Source: Antedon mediterranea (lineage: Eukaryota; Animalia; Echinodermata). From it: a stretch of DNA of 64,000 nt. The stretch lies in NCBI RefSeq assembly GCF_964355755.1, contig NC_092680.1:7254001-7318000 (forward strand), written 5' to 3'. Every line of letters starts with the position of its first letter. Positions within the stretch are counted from its first letter, which is position 1. This document shows, in pieces, positions 24,093-37,600 of the stretch. The notes under the pieces were generated by a model that worked only from the letters and a program-made list of their open reading frames with translations, had not been told where the DNA came from and did not search any database. The position numbers and the translations under genes were made by a program.

Positions 24093-26490
24093 CCAAATTT
24101 GTTTCTACCATCTACTGATAAGTCCTTTTTTTTACAAAATTAAAACTACATATTAATAGTCTTATGGAATGTGAAGCTGTCAATACATGAATTAAAAAAG
24201 TAAATAAAAAAAAAAACTATTATAAATTGGAATTTATAGCACAAAAATAAAATATAAATTCAACTTTTAAATGTAAAATTTCTTTGAAAAAAAAAATGTT
24301 TATAGCAATTTATTACGGTATAACCAACAAAGTAAGAAGAGAGAAGTTTGATTAATGTAAAAGATAAGAATTTATTTATTAAATCCAATAATTCAGTTAT
24401 TAAGATATGGATATATTCAATATTTTCAATTTAATAAGAAATAATTGCATAGTTTGCGTAAGCTGAAATAATATTTATTTTCTATTAGTATTTCTAAAAG
24501 GTTAGGATGACAATGATTAAGTGTTAATGAGTTGGCGATCTGCCAATGATGCAATGAATAATAAAACTATCCCATCATGCATCATTCTCAATCAAAACAG
24601 CAAAGTGTCAACACTTAACATCTGGCAATTAAATTCTTGTCAACTATTGGTGCCTCGGGATTATACAATTTGATAAATACCATGGCAACCAAGAGGGCTT
24701 TATGCATAATTATGATTTAAATATTTAAAGACAAAACAGGCATACACTATCTAAAGATTCAACCAATCAGAGCACAGAATTTTTGTCAATTGATTTACAG
24801 CCAAAAGTTGAAAAAAAATTTATTATAAGTTGAGATAGTTTGCGTTGAGTTTTTTATTTCAAAAATATATATATATATATATATATATATAATTCGTGGT
24901 AAATTTAACGCAGATCATGAAAGCAAAAGTGCTTGATACAAAATGTATATATATATTCTGTGTGATCCTTAAAAATAAAAGCCTGTATTGTTTATGTATT
25001 TACTTCATTATTTTCGTCAAATATTTTTCTGTATAAATTTAGAAAAAAATGTAAATAAATAGTAAAGGTATTCAGATTTGCAAAAAACAAATACAATATA
25101 TATAATTATATGATACAATATGAAGTGATGGCAGTGGAAAAGATTAAATAATATTTTGATTTAGAAAAAAACTGATGATTGACTTCTTTTTGTTTGCAAC
25201 ACATTTTTAGTGTGCTATGTACGATAATAAAGAAACGGCTATGAAACCTGCAATGAAAACAGTCAAAAGCTTCTCATTTTATTTTCTGTAAAGTGGGTTT
25301 TGTTTTTATAGAAATGGATTCTTTTATTCTAAATTTTCTGGAAATTACACATGACAGTCGACTAATAACAAAAAAACAATATTATATATACATTATACAC
25401 AATAATAGATATGAATCCCAGGGCTAGGGCACGTACTCATATATAAAATATATTTTTGTTTGTTATTTTTTTTTTATATTTGGATATGCAACCTCATAAC
25501 TTCCATCCATCACATAAAACTTGTCTTTATTGTACTAATATAGCATAACATTGATTGCATGTGAAATATAAATCTAAAAAAATAAGTAATCTTATTACTA
25601 TCAAATGTTTTATCACCTGCAGAAATCCATATTGTTGACGTAAGCATATTTTAAGATTCGCTTTTAGAATAGCTGTGTTTATTTATTAAAAGAGTTTAGC
25701 ATAGCTAAGCTCCTGGCTTTAGTGCAGTATAGGGAATAGATGGATTTTGTCTACACAACGAGTTCTAAATGTGCTTTAGAGTAATGTTTAGTGGAGATGA
25801 ACACCTTTACATTTGTTGTTTCAACCAAAAGAAAACTGTTATTGAATGTCTATGAAAATATTGTTTTTAACAGAAAGGGAGAAACAAGCCAGCAATGTAA
25901 AAATAGTAATAGTCAAAGTATGTTGGAGTTAAGAAAAACTGTCAAAGTCCAAACCCTGTGGCACATCCAGGATTTTGAAAAAGGGCCAACATTTTAAAAT
26001 CTATCAGTAACCAACTCAACCTGACTAATTTACAGGGCCCCTGGAGCCAACCACAGTCCAGTTATGAGTGTGCTGAATCCTGTTTTTTGTTTGTTTGTTT
26101 TTTTTGTGCTATTGTTGGTTCCTTTATGAATGACTGTGAATTAGGTTCACTTTACATTTGCCCTGATTACTGTCAATGTTGTCTATTATCAAAGATATGG
26201 TGGGTTCTCTTGATAAATTGCATAATTAAAGATTAAATGTTAATAAAAGTTTAACCTTTGCTCTCTGGCATGTGCCTACAGTTTATATACATACAAGATA
26301 AAACATCGGAAGGTTGTTAAAGTCGCACCGGCTTTCATTTGAACCTATATTCAGAAGAAAGTCACAGAGCTGTCTGACTGATGGTGTACTTGTACAGCGG
26401 ATTTAAATTGAATCTGTTTCGCAAAATTATCACAAGCTGGTGTGTGATCCAATTTTTGAAAAGTTATAAGGTATCTTGATTTAATGAAAC

Positions 26491-28470
26491 ATGCAAGTCG
26501 GAGTTAAAGTGGCATTGATTACAACTGCAGTTGTAGTTGTGGTTGTAGGTATAGTGTGTACAGTGTTGTTTACTGGTGATAACAGTGATGACCAAGATGG
26601 CAACAATAAGCATTACAATTTCCAGATGGCTAGTCAAGAATTAACTATCAAAAGCAGCAATGGAACACTTCTTACTGGCAAGCTTGGATCTCAGCTGTCT
26701 ATGTACGATATTGCCGAGTGTAGCGATGAACAAGATTGCTTCATCTGGGAAGACAAAGCAAGGCTGAAGATAAGTACAACAATTATAAGTAGTCAAATTT
26801 CTTGCACACGTTTCTATTGGGAAGTGTTAAATTCCATGACCAATGATCTTATTGATTGTTTTGAGCTAGGTCATTCGCATTGGTATGGGTCAGCAGAGAT
26901 GTATTACCAGTTTTGGCCAATTGAACGCTGGAATAAATCGATGAAAATGTATGTATCTGGCGATATGTATGCAGATTCCCAAGATTGGGGCTCTGTGATG
27001 GAACCATACTGGTTGTCTTCAAACGGTGTAGCTATCTGGGTTGATAAAGACACTCCACTTCATGTGAGTATTAACTATAATAATGAGGGAAAAGTTTGCT
27101 TCAAAAGTACTTACAGTGACTCATATTACCAACGACCCTCTGGAAAACTTCCAGTTATGATGTATGACATCTGTACAGCTCATAACATCAGAGATGTACA
27201 TCTTTACATGACAGAGCAATTCCTTGGTAAACCTTCAGGAATACCAGATGATCGAATGATATCACTTCCAATCTGGTCAACTTGGGCAAGATACAAGATC
27301 TTTATCAACAACAGTGTGATTCTAGAATATGCACACGAGATCATTGAGAATGGTTTTAATAACAGTCAACTGGAGATAGACGATGGTTATCAGAGTAAAT
27401 ACGGAGACTTTGACTTTGATTCAGAGAAATTCCCCAACCCGGCGGAGATGATCACAGAGCTGCATAATCTTGGATTCAGAGTAACCATGTGGGTAATGCC
27501 ATTTGCTAATATAAACTCTGATGCATATGCTGAAGGGAAGAAGTTAGGTTACTGGGTAAAGAAGCAAGGGTCAGAAGACCCTGGATTAGTGACATGGTGG
27601 AATGGTTTGGGTGCATTACTGGATGTTACAAACTCTGATGCATGTGATTGGTACACTCAAAGACTTGTGGACATTCGCAACTCATATGGAATAGATTCTT
27701 TCAAATTTGATGCTGGTGAAACTAACTACTTGCCGAAAAATTACAAAACAGCCGGTGAATTGTATAACCCTGCTGATTATACAATGTTGCATGCAAAAAT
27801 GGCTGCCAGTCTTGGAAACCAGATTGAAGTGCGAGCCTCTTATGGGAATCAAGACCTTCCAATATTTGTAAGAATGATGGATAAAGATTCCAAGTGGGGA
27901 GATGACAAAGGCTTGCTAACTATAATCCCAACAGCATTAACATTCAGCATACTAGGCTACCCATTTATTTTACCCGATATGATAGGTGGTAATGCCTATG
28001 AAGGTGGTTTTCATGGGCAGGATAAACCAGAACGTGAACTGTACATCCGGTGGCTAGAAGTCACTGCATTTCTCCCTAGCATGCAGTTCTCTATTTCACC
28101 ATGGCAATATGATGCTGAAGTAATCGCTATTTCTAAGCGATGGGTTGAATTCCATACAACAGATATTGCTCCCCTTATAATAGAGCTAGCTGATGAGGCT
28201 ACCCAATCGGGAGCACCAATTATTCGACCATTATGGTGGTTGGATCCAGAAAGTGAAGATGCATTAACTGTTGATGATGAGTTTCTTGTTGGCAATAAAA
28301 TTCTTGTTGCCCCAGTATTAGTCAAAGGTGCGGTGTCAAGGGATGTCTTTTTACCAGCTGGTTCCTGGATGGATGAATTAAACAAATACGTTGTGGAAGG
28401 AAACAGATGGTTGAGGGATGTATCAATTGCATTAGACGAGGTTGCATATTATACACGGATTGGAGAATGA
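26491..28470 (+). CDS. MYORG: MYORG/KIAA1161-like GH31 glycosidase, single coding exon, catalytic residues intact
   Basis: N-terminal TM anchor; PIWSTW, QLEIDD, FKFDAGE (nucleophile), RMMDKDS (acid/base), GYPFILPDMIGG, PIIRPLWW. Confidence 0.92.
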   Translation: MQVGVKVALITTAVVVVVVGIVCTVLFTGDNSDDQDGNNKHYNFQMASQELTIKSSNGTLLTGKLGSQLSMYDIAECSDEQDCFIWEDKARLKISTTIISSQISCTRFYWEVLNSMTNDLIDCFELGHSHWYGSAEMYYQFWPIERWNKSMKMYVSGDMYADSQDWGSVMEPYWLSSNGVAIWVDKDTPLHVSINYNNEGKVCFKSTYSDSYYQRPSGKLPVMMYDICTAHNIRDVHLYMTEQFLGKPSGIPDDRMISLPIWSTWARYKIFINNSVILEYAHEIIENGFNNSQLEIDDGYQSKYGDFDFDSEKFPNPAEMITELHNLGFRVTMWVMPFANINSDAYAEGKKLGYWVKKQGSEDPGLVTWWNGLGALLDVTNSDACDWYTQRLVDIRNSYGIDSFKFDAGETNYLPKNYKTAGELYNPADYTMLHAKMAASLGNQIEVRASYGNQDLPIFVRMMDKDSKWGDDKGLLTIIPTALTFSILGYPFILPDMIGGNAYEGGFHGQDKPERELYIRWLEVTAFLPSMQFSISPWQYDAEVIAISKRWVEFHTTDIAPLIIELADEATQSGAPIIRPLWWLDPESEDALTVDDEFLVGNKILVAPVLVKGAVSRDVFLPAGSWMDELNKYVVEGNRWLRDVSIALDEVAYYTRIGE

Positions 28471-31400
28471 AGTCACAGAGTCAATAATAATTAAAGCACA
28501 ATTTTCAACAATTTAAAATGTTACCAGAATCACATATTGCAGAAAGTACATGAAAAAGACTGATAAGTACTTAATGTTATTACTATCGTATTGATGATAA
28601 TTTAATCCTAACTCAATACTTGTACTGTATAGCAATTTTGTCATGCAAGGATGTATTTTGATAATATCACATCTTAATATTTTTTTTTTAAATATCCAAG
28701 GCTCATTACTATAGTACTATAATAATAATCAAATTGTTATTGTAATACTTTCTTTTCATTTTTGTTCATATGGATTGTATTTTAATAGCACATTTTCATT
28801 AATTCAACTTCCTTCCTTCAGAGTTCAGGCGCATTGATAATTGTACCACACTGTATTGATAATAATAAACATTTAACTCAAAAATCCTTGTATTGTATCT
28901 CTTTCCAATTTGTTCATGCATAAGTGTATTATAACAGCATGTCCATATATTCATGCAGGTAGCAATATGCATTTTGAGCTATATACAGAAAATATGAACT
29001 TGAGCTGAATATTAATATATTTACGTAGCAGAAACCTATTAATTTTCTTAATGAGAAGCGGACTCTCTCTCTCTCTATATTTTTCGGTATTAATAATTAA
29101 TGGGAGATGAGTGTCACGATCTGAATTAAACTTTTTCAGTGGGTTAGATGACACCAGTGTCTTGTACACAGGCAGACAGAGGTGAAAGCACAACCTTCTT
29201 TCAATGGAGTCACTTCAGTCACTTGTACACAGTTACATTTTCTACTAGAGTGTTAGCCATTTCAATTATGTATAAGACTATGTCATATTGAAACTAGTTT
29301 GTCATAGCCAAAATAGAATATATTGACCAAATCAAATATTAATTTTTAATATGAAGACACAGGAGAATATAGCGAAAAGTTCAAAGAGTCAAAAGGGACA
29401 AATACTGTACGTGTTTTATTGACAAGTTTATTTATTACTGTAGTAGCAAGAAACATAATTTGGGGTATGGAATTGCTGAAGAACGCATGGGAAGACAATA
29501 TTAGTTTTGAAGAAATTCATTATTCCAAAAAAACAAGCACCAACATTTTAAATGTGCACATATTTTGTAATGACACTTGGGTCTAGTGCTTGAACATTTT
29601 TTAGTTAAAAGAATGTGGTTATTTTTCAGCTCTTTGCTCGGCCAATATATCTACAGTTAGTAATCCGGAATAAAAATCAACAACTATACGAAACTACAGT
29701 TGAACTCTCCTTTGGGAAACCCCTATTCATGTGACAATCTCCCATAAAAAGAACAAGGGCAAATATATGACACTATGGCCATCAACCTCTATTCAAGAAC
29801 CACTCTTTGTTATAAGGGTGCTACTAACATTCACATAAAAGGCAAATATTGAAAATGAACAATAGTTACCAGAAAACATTGAACCATTTAAAACCAAATA
29901 TATTCAGATATGCATTTATTAGTCATTTTAAATGTGTTTGACATTCATTAAAAGAGACAAAGCAATATAATTTGGTGGAGATGATAGCTTCAACAAAGAC
30001 AGTCTGATAAACAACCCAGAAGGCAAGTAGTATCTAAACACTAACTATTATACAGGCCTGTTACAATTGTACCATATAATATAATACAGTGGAACTTATA
30101 TACTACGTACAGACTGGCATAGAGTTTATTTATAGGGAGGCAAGTTTAACTGACATGCAAAACAAGCTATTTCTAACCAACATTAATTGCGACTAGTGAT
30201 TTGTTGCTTTAAAAAAAATATGTGTAAACCCCACATTCTATGATGATTGCAATAAGAGACACGAACCCAATCCTGTAGGTTTACAATTAGGCACTGTAGT
30301 AGGCCAACCATGAGTGTCGTAACGCAGGGGGAAAAGGCCCCTGGTTTAGCACATGATATAGGGCTCCTTAAGCCCTGGGGACAGTGAGTGCTCATAGCCA
30401 TTACACCACTGCCAACATTAGTAGTAAAATATATAGTATTAGAGTGATTATTGTACTCTAGTAGTATAGTAGATCTCTAGCCTAGTAGTTTCCAAAGCAA
30501 GTGTTCTGTAGTAAAAGTAAGTGTACACAGTATATCAGAACCTTCACATTAAGCCTGTTTTTCAACTAGAAAAAATTAGAAGAAAAAAAAAAATGCACTA
30601 CCGTTTCCAATAGCGCATAGCATTGATTTTCACTTAGTCACTTCCATTGTCTACTGAGCTGTTGGATTTGCATGAGTGCTCATGAGTGCATGACAACTCA
30701 TTTTCGGAAGCTCTTCGCAAAAACTAGGAACTGTTTAACCTACAGTTTTGATGAAGGAAATAAACTTTGTCGCATAAAAGAAATGTTGAAGATGGAAATA
30801 GGAATGCGTATAAGTTGGCGCTATTGATTTGCCTAGTGACAACAAGAAGTATCCTCTAGCATACAAATATCAGATTTATTGGTTCAGAATCTTAGATTTA
30901 AGAAGTGATTGTTGTCAAAATGATGCTACACATAATATGATAAATAAACTTTAGTTTCAAAAGTTTTCGATTCTTTTTGTCACTTTAAGTGTACAGTACT
31001 TGTATTTCATTTGATTTACATTTCACAGTCCCTGAAAAGAAGCACATAATACTGTAATGCACTACACTATGAAATCTTTAACAATTTATCTTAATCTAAA
31101 TTTCTTCTATGATTCTGTTAATACATTTTTTGTGATAAATAAAGTCATATAATAAATAACAATTCTGATACTATGAGATAACATGAAGCTTTGGTTAAAA
31201 AAGTAAGTCTAGAATAATTTTTTTTTTGTGACTTACCCCAATTTAATCGCTGTTGGGTATTTGCTTTGCTTGTAATTAATTTGTTACTCTACATTTTATC
31301 TTTCTTTAAAACATACCTACTTTTCCCCAAAGCCCGACTACATTAAAAGAAAATATACCATACACTAGTGATTAGTGGTAATTCTTATAGTAATAATGTA

Positions 31401-31692
31401 AATAGAAGTTGATAGTAATAGTGTTTTAATTAGCTCTAGGAAACGCACATCAATCCGAAAAGTATTACAATTTCTGTCATAAGCCGTAAATTAAAAATTG
31501 AAAAACAACAATACATTACTTTATACTTATTTACTATTTATAAGAATGTATTTGTCTCCTAATTTCTTGTTGTATTCAGTGCAAACAAAATTCCTTCTCA
31601 CTCTCTAAACTTTACATTGTATTAAAATATGACACAGTTGTTGTATATATAATTATTATCGTGTGCTATTGGCAATGCCAGTAATACAAGGT

Positions 31693-34600
31693 TCATTCAA
31701 AATAGACCCAAGAATCCTTCTCATATCCTTCGTGTACATGCTCCAATAGTACCTTCCGTCGACTTTCACAGTATCTATTGCAATAGTAATAAAAAAAGTA
31801 ATTATAAATATAAAATTTAAAAGGAAATCGGACATTAACCACGCAGGACAATAACCACGCAGGACAATAACCACGCAGGACAATAACCACGCAGGACAAT
31901 AACCAGGGCACCCAAGTTTGTCCTTTACCACTTTAACAATGGTTATGTGTGATTATTGTCTCGGTTGTTATTGACCCATTTACACTCATTTGAAAACTTC
32001 AGAAGAGATTGTAGTATTACATCACAACAACAATTAAACCTAAGAAATGGTAGTACAGTCAACTCTCCCAATACCGGACACCTTTGGGCTGGCCTAATAT
32101 GTCTGGTTTCCCAGGAAGTCTGGTATTCGGAATGTGTTTTTAATGATAAAAATGAAGTTGGATGAAAATCTGGTTTTTTTTGGAGTCCAGTTTTGGGAGA
32201 GTTGACTGTATCAGAATATAATCAATAATTAAAATACCAACCTTGATTTATCTTGCACCTTTTGCTTGATATCAATAATGGAATCTGATGTAATATCTCG
32301 TTCTAAATATTCTGATAAAAACTCAGTTGCGTTTTCTAAATCTTTCTGGTTCTCCTGAAAAAGCGAAATTAAATCTGACAATAGTGTTTTTTTTTTAAAT
32401 GAACAGAAATGTTTTAATTGAGTAGCATCAAATGAAGTATAGAGTTTCTTTTAAGAATACAGCTATTTACAAATACCATAGAGTAATAATAATGAACATA
32501 ATACTCCGGAGTGTATCCTTACTATCTGCAATGCAAAACTGTCACATGTTCAAAATCTAAACCGATAGTGTGTGTCTATAAACTGTTCTATTCTATGGCC
32601 AAAATCGAAGTGCTGCTTTTATCAAAGGCCTAACCTTTGACATGTAAAGTAGCAGATATATTACTTTAATACAGTAAGTGTGTTATAAAACAATGAATGT
32701 TTCATATTCATTGAATAGAGACAATAATTCCATTCATTGAAAGCCACACTGTTCTATTTAACCCAGCTATGCCTTGTTAAAGGGAATAATTAATCTCATG
32801 AAAATATTCTTCCATTCAACTCATAAAAACATTATTTGTATAACACTCCATGCAAATACAATGCATTATTCCATGCAAATAGAATTCAATGTATTAACCT
32901 CAAATATTATACTCTGGTTGTTTTTGCCAAGATAGAAAGCAAACACATAAGTATTCATTAGCGTAGAGCGGCATGAGACGAGAACATCAACAGCTTTCTT
33001 TAGAAACTGTACTTCAATCCATGACATGTTCATCTGCTGCATGTCTTCCATTTTAGTTTTAATCTTAGTATACAGCTGTAAAAACATATAATATAATTCA
33101 ACTCTCATTTATTCAAACTAAAATGGTATTGTAGAATAAACTGAATTACAACAAATTTACATTAAAAACTAGAAAGCCACTCCGAGAGTGCATACCTCCG
33201 CCTACTGTAAAATTGTTCTACATCAGATTTAGTCACCGGAAAGTGTGTGTCTTAATGCTGCATGTGAATTATATAAGCATGTGTATGTGTTTGGTGTAAA
33301 GGTTATGTAACCCGCCTTTCAACTAACAAAAGCTTCAGCCGACTAACAATAGAACAGAAACGCGAAAATCAAACGAGTGAATTTGAAAAGAAATAGGATT
33401 TTTAAACTACTCGTATCAAAAAACTTGTAAATTAAATCTAATTATGTTTTAAAATTACAAATCACAAAATATAACTCTTACCGCTTGTACAAAAATGAAG
33501 TTTTTTAGACAAGTAGTTCTCGAGAAAATACAATTTTAGTTTACTTGTTACTTTAAGACTGCTCACCGGCTTTTGAAATTTCTGTCCTATCTTTTAACAC
33601 TAGCAGGTGTGAAAAGTATATTTAAAAGTGGTCCAGAATTGGGACCATGGTCTTAAATGGTCCCAAAATTTAATGGAATGGTCCTTGACCACATATCTAT
33701 ATGTATATTCATTTTGGTAAAGATCTTGTATTTACTTTTTGAGTAATCCTGCTAACAAACAAACAAACAAACAAACACACGCTACCGATTACATATACCT
33801 CCTTGGCGGAGGTAAACTACACTGTACAAGTATAAAATAAATTTCATTTAAAAGTTAAAACACAAACAACTTTCAGATATAAGGTACATCATTTTTTAAA
33901 AATGTCCATATTTACATTCAAATCAATATACAATGTAAAAGTTCTATTCAAAATGTAAACATTTCATTTTGGTAATACTGTAATAATATTATTCCAATAA
34001 TTTGCCACCAATAAGATAAGATAATTTCGTCCACACGAAAAGTGAAAATAATCGGAACAATACAGCTATTTGTTGTTGTTTGGCAAAACTAAATAATATA
34101 TGGAGTGAGATGCTTAATCGGCGACAGAAGCGCTTGGCACATTTAAAGGGTCTTTCAGACCTGTTCCGGCACGGTTCCGGAAAATCCGATCGAACGTGAA
34201 TGTTTCGTTTTCACACGGCTACGCGCATATCCATTGGCGCATAGCCGCATGGAGTGTCGTGAAAACGGAACATTGATGTTCGATTCGCCGGACCAGAACC
34301 GTGCCGGAACAGGTGTGAAAAACCCTTAAAGCCTGTTTTCCTTTCGACATTATTCAACGCTATCGTCATTGATCGTTGAACAGTTCAAACGACAATCGTT
34401 TGAAAACGATCAAGTTGAAATGATAACCATAGCGAGTACCTTTTCCTGTAAATCGTTAACATTTCAATGTTTACGTAGAAGATTGCCGATTATTGTTAAT
34501 GATAGCATCGAATAACGTCGACAGGAAAACAGGCTTAAGCTATTTGAAACAAAAAAATATCAATTTATATTTTAAATAACTTTATACACGTACACCATTT

Positions 34601-37600
34601 AAAGTTTCTAATCATTATCAAGCATACCTTATTTTCAAACTTGAGACTTTGCATGTGATTCATGTAGCGATTACAATAGAAAAGGTATCTCTGCAATGCT
34701 GATCTGGATTTCTGCAATAAGACACAAACATTCCATAAAAATTTGCTGGAAACCATTGAAAATAGCAACTTTATATTGAAAAACAGTCACAAACAGCCGC
34801 CAAAAGTGTAGGGGCACATCTAGGCATTCCACAGACAAGAGGACTTTAAAACTCTTCTAGTTCCACTAGGATCTTTTCAGCCATTTTAACCGATTTACCC
34901 CGGTAAGCACTTAAAACGCTCACAAGGTTAAAAATCAAGGTAATTGTAAACAAATTGTCAAAAAATAAAAAGTAAATCGAATTTACATGCGAAGTTTGAT
35001 GTGCATGAATCAGAACAAAAAATTATACAAAATACTCAAAAATAAAATGCTTTCAAGTATATAAAAACAATTGTTGAAGTGAGTATGAAATAAATAAAAG
35101 AATATAACAGTTTTTCGAAGTACGCTGTTCGAAACGCGAAGGACGTAAAACCGTCTAAAATCCATCATTATTTGTAATAATCACTATTGTGAAGCTTGTA
35201 TACAATAAATATATAATAAATAAAGATTATTTATCAGTTACAGTGTCTTAATCGTAATAATTACATGTAATCGGAGAAAACTCGTAGCTGCGTCCTCCCG
35301 AGGGCCATGCCATGTTGTTTACCTTTGATATGTAATATGAACCCTGACATGTCAGATGCATTATGGGCATGAAATATTTTTTCAAACTCTCCGCAAAGGT
35401 CAGTTTTTTTAAGCCTAGCTTTTGACAAACATTTTGATACCAAACCTGTTTTGGTTTAAAAAATTTTTCTGATGCATTTTCGTCTAATTTTATGCAAGGT
35501 ACACATCTGAGATGGCGTACCAAGCTCCCAATAAACGCCAGTGCGCGTGAGAATGGCAAATTCCAAGTCGCTTTCAGGTTGTTTTTTTAAACATTCTTGC
35601 TGACCAAACAGCGGCTTCCAAGGCCTAGGCCCTATATGATCATTGTCGTATGGGTCCGTCTACTAATTTATTCATAATTTCGAAACCGGTCATTCATAAT
35701 GGTCTCATAAGTTTGGTCTTATTTTGAAGAGAAGAAATAGGTTCTGATGAAGAGGAGAAGAGTTAAAGGTAACCTAAGCATTCCACAGACAAATTAGCCA
35801 TGCCTTTTCTATTGTTAATTCACTTTTAAGTTCTGTCTACACTCTCAAATTTTATGGAACAAAAAATGTGATAGGGTCATGGTGATGTCATATCACTACT
35901 ATATTTGGGCACATCACATCTTTTTTTGTCAAACTAGTTTGATAGTGTAGACAGAGCTTTAGGCTTTTAGGCTACCAGGCTCATATCATGATCCTCCAAA
36001 TGTTCAACGAAACACAAATACTCAGTACGAGATCTTACTTCTTGATTATCTCTAGCTTTCTTTGCTTCATCTTCATCAAACCTATTGCAATTATACCTGC
36101 AACAAAACATACATAGTATTTTACTAATTATTCATCATCTTCTGCCTTATCCTAAAATAATAATAGTTCTTATATAGCACATATAAGCAAGCTGTCATGC
36201 ACTGCACATTATTAACCCTGGTCATTTTGTATCAAACACGTACAGTATGAAAACATACTCCCATAATCAAGCTAGTAATCAGTGCAAAGTTGTATCCATT
36301 TTATACACCTGGGTGGAGAGAGGCAAATGTAAGTAAAATGTTTTGCCTAAGTAAACAAGCAATGCGGCAAGAGTTGGATTTGAACCACGATCTCACGATC
36401 AGAAATCCAACATCCAACAGAACACACTGTACGACACGCCTCTCACATACAGTAAAGACGCTCCATGAACAATCCAAAATTCTATGTCATTAGTTTAGAG
36501 TAAGAACAGTTACGATGTTTGTGCTCATGCCTATTGCTACTTGCTTCTGGTTAAAGATACTTTTTTAAACTTGCCAAATAAATATTATTACTGTATATCC
36601 TAGTATAATCCCACTATCTGATGTACGTTATATACCGACACAACTGTATGATCAATTCCATTGTTGTTCAAGTATAATCACACTCCCTGATTTAGGCTAA
36701 ACACTGACACGAACAATCCCACTCACACAATTTAGTTCCCGGGACTATACTAGGTCATCATACAATATGATTATTAAATAATTAAAATCAATTTACCAAG
36801 AAGATCCATGAGGCTCCCAAGGACCTAAGCAAACCCAGCAAAAATCAGCCTGCGGAATAAAAACAACAATATATAATATAAATACTACAATATTTCATTG
36901 TCTATCTTTCTTCTTATTTTGACATAGTGTAGATATAACATAAAGGAAAAACACAAAGAGGAATTTCAGAAGCACAGCTAAACTGTGAAATCAAGTTACT
37001 TGCCTTGCAGCTCTGGTTACGACACACCATGTGATTGCAGCCGCCATCTTTCTCAATGGTCACATGACACTTGGGACATTCTTTGGTGTTTGCAGCTATC
37101 CAATTAGAAGTCTCGCTGTCATCATCACATTTCTTTATCCATTTTTTTAACCACTGAAAGAAAAATTCATGCAAAAATTAGCATCTAAGTTAAGTTTAAA
37201 AACAAATGTTATTTATAACTTCATGTTTAGCTTTTGACTGTACTGTACTGAATATCGCAAATAGTGAGTTAATTGTAAAAAGATAAAATTATTAAGGATG
37301 AAATGCAGAATCAATTATGGCCCTATGGTTGTCATTTTCAGACTTAAAATACATTTTTTACTGAATATTACAATCTATTTTTTTGTAATTTAATGTTTTA
37401 TTATCCTAGCCATCTTATGAAGTTTGTTGTTGTTTTTTTTTACTGTTATCTTTGGCTTGAAAAAGAATGAAATGAAGATGAAATCAGTGTAAATAAGCAA
37501 TTGTTAATAAATAATCAAATCACAAATGAAGATGAAATCAGTGTAAATAAGCAATTGTTAGTAAATAATCAAATCACAAATGAAGATGAAATCAGTGTAA

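Noticed and set aside
18437-28470. Intronless GH31 genes as horizontal transfer or retrocopies
   Set aside because: MYORG-type genes such as the human one also have a single coding exon, and the TM anchor and motifs are of the animal type.
34821-35793. Element bounded by aactcttct/agaagagtt and gcattccacagacaa direct repeats
   Set aside because: Probably a transposon remnant, but the TIR is too short and the boundaries too ambiguous to call.
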